A DNA stretch of 64,000 bases from an uncultured Candidatus Saccharibacteria bacterium. GTDB taxonomy: Bacteria; Patescibacteriota; Minisyncoccia; Phycocordibacterales; UBA9973. The number at the start of each line of letters is the position of its first letter. Within the stretch, counting starts at the first letter, position 1. The position numbers and the translations under genes are program-made. The DNA lies in NCBI GenBank assembly GCA_964500465.1, contig CAZCNB010000004.1, forward strand, positions 1,160-65,159. Direction: 5' to 3'. Of the stretch, positions 56,796 to 64,000 are shown in pieces. The notes beneath the pieces are model-generated. The model saw only the letters and a program-made list of their open reading frames with translations. It was not told the origin of the DNA and ran no database searches.

Positions 56796-58907
56796 ATGAG
56801 TGGAAAAGTATTTAAAATAAAAAGCGAATATAAACCAGACGGGGATCAACCTAAGGCTATTTCGGAATTGATGAAAGGGTTAGAGAAGGGAATGCAAAAG
56901 CAAACTCTTTTAGGTGCTACAGGAACTGGTAAAACTTTTACAATGGCAAATGTAATAGAGAAATGGGGTAAACCAACCCTTGTTATTGCCCACAATAAAA
57001 CTCTCGCTGCACAGCTTGCTCAAGAGTTCCGTGAATTTTTCCCGGATGCAGCAGTGCACTACTTCGTATCATATTACGACTATTATCAACCTGAGGCATA
57101 CATGCCAATAACAGATACTTATATTGAAAAAGATGCTCAGATAAACAAAGAGATTGATAGATTGCGCCACGCATCAACCCAAGCACTTCTTACTCGCAGA
57201 GATGTTATTATTGTTGCTTCTGTTTCTTGTATATATGGTTTAGGTTCTCCAGAAGAATATGAGAAAGTTAATCTAAAGCTTGCAGTTGGCATGAAGATGG
57301 ATAGAACAAACCTCATGAAAAAGCTCATTGAAGTTCACTTTGAACGTACGAATGCTGATATAAATTCTGGTCAGTTCAGGTCTATCGGTGCAAAAGTTGA
57401 AGTGATGCCAGTTTCAGAAACATTTGTTTATCAAATTGAGTTTACGGATGGAAAAATTGCTAGAATTGCAAAAGTTGATCCTGTGTCATCACATATATTA
57501 AAAGAAGAAAATAATATTTTTCTATTTCCAACAAAACATTTCATCACTGAGAAAGAGCAGATTGAGAAGGCAATTAAGAACATCAAAACTGAACTCGAGA
57601 TACAGTTAAAGAAATTCGAAAAAGAAGGAAAGCTCCTTGAAGCGGAGCGCATAAAGAGACGTACAAATTATGACCTAGCAATGATAAGAGAAGTTGGGTA
57701 TTGTAATGGTATTGAGAACTATTCAAGGCATTTATCTGGTAAGAAAGAAGGTGAGGCCCCAGAAACACTACTTTCATATTTCCCTAGAAACGAAGATGGG
57801 GAGATTGATTTTTTAACCATTATAGATGAATCACACGTAACCCTCCCGCAGTTAAATGGAATGTATGCAGGTGATGCTTCACGCAAGAATACTCTTGTTG
57901 AATTCGGTTTTCGTTTGCCTTCAGCAAAAGATAATCGACCACTAAAGTATCCAGAATTTGAGGAAAGAATTGGACAAGTGGTATACGTATCTGCAACTCC
58001 TGGTAATTTAGAACGTGAATCAAGTGCCCAGATAGTTGAGCAAATAATTCGCCCAACCGGGCTTATAGACCCCGAAGTTATTGTTCGGCCAGTTAGCGCA
58101 GGTAAAGACTATCCTGGCCAAATACAAGACTTTATTGCTGAAGCTGAAAAAACTATTAAAAAAGGTTTCAGAGTTCTTGCAACAACTCTCACAAAACGCA
58201 TGGCTGAAGATTTGTCTATTTACTTGAAAGAGCAGGGAATAAAATCGGAATATCTTCACAGTGAAATAAAAACAATTGAACGTATTCAAATTCTTACAGC
58301 TTTTCGAAAAGGCGATATGGATATACTTGTTGGGGTAAATTTGCTTCGAGAGGGTTTAGATTTGCCAGAAGTGGCATTGATTGGAATTCTTGATGCAGAC
58401 AAAGAAGGTTTCCTTCGTTCTGAAACTTCATTGATTCAAACTATTGGTCGTGCTGCCAGAAATGTAGAGGGTAGAGTAATTCTCTATGCTGACATAATTA
58501 CAGGTTCACTCGAGCGTGCAATAGGAGAAACAAATCGTCGTAGATCTATCCAAATTGATTACAATAAAAAGCATGGCATTACTCCTAAGACTATTTTAAA
58601 AAAAATTAAAGATATTACTGAAGAATTGGAAGATAAACATAAAAAAGCTGTAAATGCAGAACTCGATCTAGATATAGAGCTATTTAAGAAAACATTTATA
58701 AAAGACAAAAATAAAAAAGGAAAAACTGAGAAAGATTCAGTAAAGAATTTACTTATTTCAGATGAAGAGCGCAATAAAACAGTCTATGAAAAAATAATTA
58801 AAATAAAAGAGAAAGAAATGAATTCTGCTGTCAAAGAACTAGATTTTGAAACAGCTGCAATACTCCGTGATGAGATTTTAGTACTAAAAGAAAAGATAAA
58901 AAAATAA
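56796..58907 (+). CDS. uvrB: Excinuclease ABC subunit B
   Basis: 'GATGTGKT', '[10 protein letters not shown]', 'DESH', 'QTIGRAARN', C-terminal UVR domain. Confidence 0.97.
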   Translation: MSGKVFKIKSEYKPDGDQPKAISELMKGLEKGMQKQTLLGATGTGKTFTMANVIEKWGKPTLVIAHNKTLAAQLAQEFREFFPDAAVHYFVSYYDYYQPEAYMPITDTYIEKDAQINKEIDRLRHASTQALLTRRDVIIVASVSCIYGLGSPEEYEKVNLKLAVGMKMDRTNLMKKLIEVHFERTNADINSGQFRSIGAKVEVMPVSETFVYQIEFTDGKIARIAKVDPVSSHILKEENNIFLFPTKHFITEKEQIEKAIKNIKTELEIQLKKFEKEGKLLEAERIKRRTNYDLAMIREVGYCNGIENYSRHLSGKKEGEAPETLLSYFPRNEDGEIDFLTIIDESHVTLPQLNGMYAGDASRKNTLVEFGFRLPSAKDNRPLKYPEFEERIGQVVYVSATPGNLERESSAQIVEQIIRPTGLIDPEVIVRPVSAGKDYPGQIQDFIAEAEKTIKKGFRVLATTLTKRMAEDLSIYLKEQGIKSEYLHSEIKTIERIQILTAFRKGDMDILVGVNLLREGLDLPEVALIGILDADKEGFLRSETSLIQTIGRAARNVEGRVILYADIITGSLERAIGETNRRRSIQIDYNKKHGITPKTILKKIKDITEELEDKHKKAVNAELDLDIELFKKTFIKDKNKKGKTEKDSVKNLLISDEERNKTVYEKIIKIKEKEMNSAVKELDFETAAILRDEILVLKEKIKK

Positions 58908-58937
58908 CCGACTTGTATTAATTATAGTCAGTTATTT
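58902..58937. terminator. Imperfect hairpin between uvrB and the convergent orphan gene
   Basis: AAATAAC-c-GACT-N12-AGTC-a-GTTATTT. Confidence 0.45.
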
Positions 58938-59405
58938 AGCCAATGCTTTCGTCGTTAACATGCTGCCATAGTCGTGTAGACGTATCTTCCCATTCCATAA
59001 GGAGTAATTTATAGAAGTAAACATATCAGAGTCGCCTATGTTTTTTTTATAGTTTTTTCTCAATATTTTCTTCCATCTTTTGTCGCATGTATTAAATTTA
59101 TATCCTCGGGGTTGTATAGCAATTATTCCAAAGATTAAAAAATAAATAGGTATTATACTTTCACTATTTGGGTTTTTCCTTGAGTATTTGTATTCAATAT
59201 AATTAGCTATGAATCCCCCCAAAAAATATCGTGATAGTATATGCCAAAGATTATTTTCATGTTTCTTAATTTTATTTTTTATACTTTTATTAATACAACA
59301 CTTAATAAACCTTACAAAAAATAAAATCACTGGAATCCTAGGTATTTTTATAACCCAGTTTTTTAAAATAACTACGTACCTAGTAGTACCAAACATAACT
59401 TTCAT
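58932..59405 (-). CDS. Hypothetical protein with a minimal kinase-like motif pattern
   Basis: 'GTTRYV...WVIKIP' and C-terminal 'NY......RLHDYG'; ATG at 59405. Confidence 0.55.
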   Translation of the reverse strand: MKVMFGTTRYVVILKNWVIKIPRIPVILFFVRFIKCCINKSIKNKIKKHENNLWHILSRYFLGGFIANYIEYKYSRKNPNSESIIPIYFLIFGIIAIQPRGYKFNTCDKRWKKILRKNYKKNIGDSDMFTSINYSLWNGKIRLHDYGSMLTTKALAK

Positions 59406-59537
59406 TGTTGACAAGTTTTAATTAAATTAAAATTACTACTAAACTCATATTTTGTCAAACTGAATTTTATGCTATTATTTAGTCAGTTAAATATTGATAC
59501 ACCCCCATATACTTATTTGGCGGGTGTCGTACACGTT

Positions 59538-62126
59538 ATGAAAAAAGATACACACGATAAAATTATTATAAAGGGTGCTCGAACACATAATCTAAAGAAT
59601 ATTTCTCTTGAAATGCCACGCAACAAGATGGTTGTTATTACAGGTATGTCAGGATCAGGAAAGAGTTCACTTGCGTTTGATACTATTTTTGCCGAAGGTC
59701 AGCGTAGATATGTAGAGAGTTTATCTGCCTATGCTCGCCAATTTTTAAATCAAATGCCGAAACCTGATGTGGATGAGATCTCAGGTCTTTCTCCAGCTAT
59801 TTCTATTGATCAAAAATCTCGATCAAATAATCCACGTTCAACAGTTGCAACTATTACTGAAATTTATGATTACCTCCGTGTTCTTTATGCGCGTATCGGT
59901 AGACCTCATTGTCCGGAATGTGGAGATGAAATAAAAAAATTATCAAACGAAGAAATAATGAACTTCGTCTTGAAGAAAATTAAAAATCATAAAAAACCTA
60001 CAGGTAAAGATGCAAAAAAAGTTTTAGGTGTAGAATGGGATGAGACTCCTATAACAATATTTTCTCCAGTAATTCGTGGTAGGAAAGGTGAATACTACCA
60101 ACTCCTATATGATTTATTAAACAAGGGTTTTTCTAAGGTTCGTATGGATGGCGAGATGAGAAATCTTCGTGAACGTATAGATATATCAAAGACAAAAAAG
60201 CATGATATAGATGTTCTTGTTGATTCTTTCCAAATTCATGAATTCAAGGATACTCCAGATGATTCTCGTATGCGACTTTCTGAAGCAATTGAGAGAGCGC
60301 TTCTAGAATCTGAAGGTTTAGTGACTATATCTATTGCAGAAGAAGAGTTTTTGATGTCATCTAAATTTGCATGTCCTCGAGATGGATTTTCTTTTCCTGA
60401 AGTTGAGCCTCGTCTTTTTTCTTTTAATTCTCCATATGGAGCATGTCCAACATGTAATGGTTTAGGTACAAAGTATTTTGGAGCAAGTGAACCATGTGAT
60501 GATTGTGGAGGTGCAAGATTACGCAGGGAAGCACTCAATGTTTTCTTAGGTAAGAAGATAAATATTGTAAATATTACTAAATTATCAATTCAGGAAGTCA
60601 CAGATTTTTTTATAGAACTTGAACTCAATGATCAAGAGCAAGAAATTTCCAAGGTAGTTATAAAAGAGATAGAAGCTCGTTTACAATTTTTGTTAAATGT
60701 TGGTCTTGAATATTTATCTCTTGATAGAAAAGCAAATACTCTATCTGGTGGAGAAGCTCAGCGTATAAGACTTGCGTCACAACTAGGTTCTCGCCTAGTT
60801 GGAGCTCTCTATGTATTAGATGAGCCTACAATAGGACTACATCAAAGAGATAATGAACGTCTAATAAAAACCCTTGAAGACCTTCGAGATTTGGGGAATA
60901 CAATCTTGGTTGTTGAACATGATGAAGATACAATTTTTGCTTCGGATTTTATTATTGATATTGGCCCCAAAGCTGGTGTTCACGGAGGGCAAGTTATAGT
61001 CGCTGACTATTTAACGCCACTTCTTGATGCTAAAACAAATTCTTCAAAATCAAGAACTCTTTCTTATCTTAGAAATGAAGCACGAATTGAAATCCCAGAA
61101 AAAAGACGCACAAGTGATAAAGGTACACTTAAGATAATTGGTGGAAAAGTTTTCAATATAAATAATATGAACGCAGAAGTTCCTCTGGGCAAGATGGTTA
61201 CAATAACAGGTGTCTCGGGCTCTGGTAAAAGTTCTTTCATGTATGAGATTTTATATAAAAATCTTCAAGCTCGTTATGAAAGAAAATATCGAAGCGCTCA
61301 AGTTTTTAATTGTGCGTCATTTACCGGAACCGAATATCTTTCACGCGCAATTCTTATAGATCAATCTCCGATCGGTCGTACTCCACGTTCAAATATTGCA
61401 ACTTATACAGGAGCTTTTACTCACATCCGTGATTTATTTGCCACGAGTGAGGAAGCTCGACTTCGTGGGTGGAAACCAAACCGCTTCTCTTTTAATGTTA
61501 AAGGAGGTAGGTGTGAAGCTTGTGAAGGTAATGGTGAGATAGCGGTTGAAATGCACTTTCTTCCAACAGTATACGTTACCTGTGACGTATGTAGAGGCAA
61601 AAGATTTGACAAAGAAACTCTAACTGTTAAATATAAAAAGAAAAATATTCACGAAGTTTTAGAAATGTCTATTGAAGAAGCGATTGTTTTCTTTGAAGAT
61701 ATTCCAAATGTTTATGATAGATTAAAAACTCTTATGGATGTAGGACTTGGATACGTAAAATTAGGTCAGTCTGCAACAACTCTATCAGGAGGAGAAGCAC
61801 AACGCGTAAAAATTTCTTCTGAGCTTTATCGTCCACATCTAGAAAAAACTATATATCTTCTTGATGAGCCAACAGTTGGACTTCATTACGACGATGTTGC
61901 AAAACTTCTCGAAGTTTTAAATAAGCTTGTCGATAAAGGTAATACGGTAGTTCTTATAGAACATAATATGGATATAATAAAATGTTCAGATTATCTTATA
62001 GATATTGGTCCTGAAGGGGGAGTAGGTGGCGGTAAAATTGTTGCTCGTGGTACTCCTGAGGAAGTTGCAAATACACCAGGAAGCCATACTGGAAAATACC
62101 TAAAGAAGGTTTTAAAGAAAAAGTAA
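59538..62126 (+). CDS. uvrA: Excinuclease ABC subunit A
   Basis: Two Walker A motifs ([16 protein letters not shown]), two 'LSGGEAQR', zinc fingers; ATG at 59538. Confidence 0.97.
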   Translation: MKKDTHDKIIIKGARTHNLKNISLEMPRNKMVVITGMSGSGKSSLAFDTIFAEGQRRYVESLSAYARQFLNQMPKPDVDEISGLSPAISIDQKSRSNNPRSTVATITEIYDYLRVLYARIGRPHCPECGDEIKKLSNEEIMNFVLKKIKNHKKPTGKDAKKVLGVEWDETPITIFSPVIRGRKGEYYQLLYDLLNKGFSKVRMDGEMRNLRERIDISKTKKHDIDVLVDSFQIHEFKDTPDDSRMRLSEAIERALLESEGLVTISIAEEEFLMSSKFACPRDGFSFPEVEPRLFSFNSPYGACPTCNGLGTKYFGASEPCDDCGGARLRREALNVFLGKKINIVNITKLSIQEVTDFFIELELNDQEQEISKVVIKEIEARLQFLLNVGLEYLSLDRKANTLSGGEAQRIRLASQLGSRLVGALYVLDEPTIGLHQRDNERLIKTLEDLRDLGNTILVVEHDEDTIFASDFIIDIGPKAGVHGGQVIVADYLTPLLDAKTNSSKSRTLSYLRNEARIEIPEKRRTSDKGTLKIIGGKVFNINNMNAEVPLGKMVTITGVSGSGKSSFMYEILYKNLQARYERKYRSAQVFNCASFTGTEYLSRAILIDQSPIGRTPRSNIATYTGAFTHIRDLFATSEEARLRGWKPNRFSFNVKGGRCEACEGNGEIAVEMHFLPTVYVTCDVCRGKRFDKETLTVKYKKKNIHEVLEMSIEEAIVFFEDIPNVYDRLKTLMDVGLGYVKLGQSATTLSGGEAQRVKISSELYRPHLEKTIYLLDEPTVGLHYDDVAKLLEVLNKLVDKGNTVVLIEHNMDIIKCSDYLIDIGPEGGVGGGKIVARGTPEEVANTPGSHTGKYLKKVLKKK

Positions 62127-62129
62127 TAT

Positions 62130-63308
62130 ATGAAATTATCTTATTTAAAAAAAATAAATATACCTGAAAAACCAGGGGTTTATTTTTTCTATAAAGGGAA
62201 TAGTTTGTTATATATTGGCAAAGCTACTTCACTTCGTTCTCGGGTAAAGAGTTATTTTGGTAAAGATCTTATTGTAACTCGAGGTCCACTTATTTTAGAT
62301 ATGACTGTTCAAGCGGATAAGCTCAAGTGGCAAGAAACAGATAGTGTACTTGAAGCATTAATACTTGAGGCTGAGCTTATCAAGAAACACCAACCTAAAT
62401 ATAATACAAAAGAAAAAGACAATAAGAGTTTCAATTATGTATGTATAACTAAAGATAAAATATCCAAAGTACTAGTTCTTCGAGGAAGAAAATTAAAGAA
62501 ATCTGATTACAAAAAAGTATTTGGTCCTTTCCCAAATGGATTACAACTCCGTGAAGGTATGAGGATTATTCGCAAGATTTTTCCTTATTTTGATAATAAT
62601 TCAGATAAAAAACAAAACTATCAGTTTTATAAGCAGCTGGCTTTAATACCAGAGGGGGATTATCAGAATAATATTAAGAATTTAATTTTATTCTTCCAAG
62701 GTAAAAAGAAAAAGATTATTTTGAATCTCAAGAAAGATATGATGCTCTTTGCTAAGAATAAAGAATTTGAAAGAGCCGGTGAAATAAAGAAAAAGATATT
62801 TGCCCTAGAACATATAAATGATGTTGCTCTTATAAAAGAAGACAATATGCCAAGGAGTATAAGTACGAGAATTGAAGCTTATGATATTGCTCATATGGGG
62901 GGTAAAAATATGGTGGGAGTTATGACTGTGGTTCAAGACGCTGAGGTAGCAAAAAATGAATATAAGAAATTTATAATAAAAAGCCAGACTGGTTCAAATG
63001 ATACAGGAGCTCTTGAAGAAGTATTGTCTAGAAGATTTCGTCATACTGAGTGGGGCCTTCCAAATATTGTAGTAGTTGATGGTAGTACTGCACAGATAAA
63101 TGTTGCTAAAAGAATATTGGATAGATATCAACTGGATATCCCGATAATCGCAGTTGTTAAAGATGATAGACACAAAGCAAAAGCTTTAATGGGTAATGAT
63201 GAGATAATAAAAAAATATAAAAAATCGATACTACTTTCAAATAATGAAGCCCATCGTTTTGCTATAGCTTTTCATAAAAATAAGAGATCTAAAAATTTTA
63301 TAAAATAG
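62130..63308 (+). CDS. uvrC: Excinuclease ABC subunit C, shortened
   Basis: GIY-YIG 'PGVY...YIGKA.SLR.RV.SYF', UVR 'EFERA', RNase H-like 'IEAYDIAH...VVDG...EAHRFAI'; ends without HhH motifs. Confidence 0.9.
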   Translation: MKLSYLKKINIPEKPGVYFFYKGNSLLYIGKATSLRSRVKSYFGKDLIVTRGPLILDMTVQADKLKWQETDSVLEALILEAELIKKHQPKYNTKEKDNKSFNYVCITKDKISKVLVLRGRKLKKSDYKKVFGPFPNGLQLREGMRIIRKIFPYFDNNSDKKQNYQFYKQLALIPEGDYQNNIKNLILFFQGKKKKIILNLKKDMMLFAKNKEFERAGEIKKKIFALEHINDVALIKEDNMPRSISTRIEAYDIAHMGGKNMVGVMTVVQDAEVAKNEYKKFIIKSQTGSNDTGALEEVLSRRFRHTEWGLPNIVVVDGSTAQINVAKRILDRYQLDIPIIAVVKDDRHKAKALMGNDEIIKKYKKSILLSNNEAHRFAIAFHKNKRSKNFIK

Positions 63309-63322
63309 TATATAATATAAAT

Positions 63323-64000
63323 ATGATTCGCGTTGGAGTTATAAGAGGTGGTCCAAGTTCTGAATACGAAGTGTCACTCAATACCGGTGGCAATGTACTT
63401 TCTCATTTAAGAGGAGATAAATTAAGTGAGAAGTATAAACCAATAGATATATTGATAGATAAAAATGGTGCTTGGCATGTAGGAGGTAAACCCACTACAC
63501 TTGAGCATATTTCAAATCATGTAGATGTTATTTTTAACGCTCTCCATGGTGATTATGGCGAAGATGGTAAGGTTCAACAAATGCTTGATCAGTGGAAGAT
63601 ACCTTATACAGGTTCTGGAGCCTTTTCTTCTGCTCTTGGATACAATAAAGCCCTTGCAAAAGAAAGATTTAAAGCACTAGGTATAAAAACCCCTCAGTCA
63701 GTTATTATAACTATGGATAGTATTGATAAAACAAAGGATGATCGAACCATTGCAAAAGAACAAGCACAATTTGTGTGGAGTAAGATATCTCCCCCTTGGG
63801 TAGTAAAACCAATCTCTTCAGGTTCTTCTGTTGGTGTAAAAATTTGTAAGATTTTTCCAGAGCTAGAACAAGCAATTCATAGTTGTATAAACGACGGGGT
63901 TGATATATTAGTTGAAGAGATGATTGAAGGTAAAGAAGCAACAGTGCCGATTATTGAGAAATTTAGAAATCAGCCTATTTACGCATTACCACCAATCGAA
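63323..64000 (+). CDS. ddl: D-alanine--D-alanine ligase (3'-truncated by window edge; absent from the ORF track)
   Basis: Translated by hand: MIRVGVIRGGPSSEYEVSLNTG...FNALHGDYGEDG.VQ...PYTGSG...VVKP..SGSSVGV. Confidence 0.93.
   Translation, partial: MIRVGVIRGGPSSEYEVSLNTGGNVLSHLRGDKLSEKYKPIDILIDKNGAWHVGGKPTTLEHISNHVDVIFNALHGDYGEDGKVQQMLDQWKIPYTGSGAFSSALGYNKALAKERFKALGIKTPQSVIITMDSIDKTKDDRTIAKEQAQFVWSKISPPWVVKPISSGSSVGVKICKIFPELEQAIHSCINDGVDILVEEMIEGKEATVPIIEKFRNQPIYALPPIE

Noticed and set aside
1-64000. CRISPR array, rRNA, integrase, transposase or prophage
   Set aside because: No spaced direct-repeat array or recombinase motifs were seen; the direct repeats found are coding.
1-64000. Alternative genetic code (UGA=Gly, as in Gracilibacteria/Absconditabacteria)
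   Set aside because: Conserved genes are full length under the standard code, and TGA serves as a stop (e.g. 17505-17507, ATGA coupling).

Overview
AT-rich bacterial chromosome segment using the standard genetic code. Reduced ThrS/ProS/UvrC/SMC, a NusB-NUDIX fusion, the L32 and RpoB N-termini and the cohesin/dockerin surface genes point to a Patescibacteria (CPR, Parcubacteria-like) organism; this is inferred, not searched. Positions 1-21.4 kb form a co-oriented cell-surface locus: the end of a tail-fibre-like protein, a serine hydrolase, a 3083-aa beta-strand-repeat adhesin with no autotransporter barrel, two secreted paralogs sharing a WxL/pilin-like C-terminal domain, a DUF916/chaperone-like protein, one dockerin protein, two membrane-anchored cohesin proteins, two kinase-less BvgS/EvgS-like receptors and a type IV pilin. 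Positions 21.4-64 kb are mostly housekeeping (gyrB, thrS, rpmF, nusB, rnc, smc, rnr, rpsP, khpA, trmD, rpoBC, dnaG, rpoD, tRNA-Thr, tsf, rpsB, proS, mreBC, tgt, uvrB, uvrA, uvrC, ddl). The best candidate for a new system is the cohesin-dockerin/WxL-like surface assembly. Also notable are a circularly permuted DsbA, a hinge-less SMC, widespread leaderless-type promoters and several structured leaders. No CRISPR array, rRNA or mobile element was seen. All family assignments come from motif recognition by eye.
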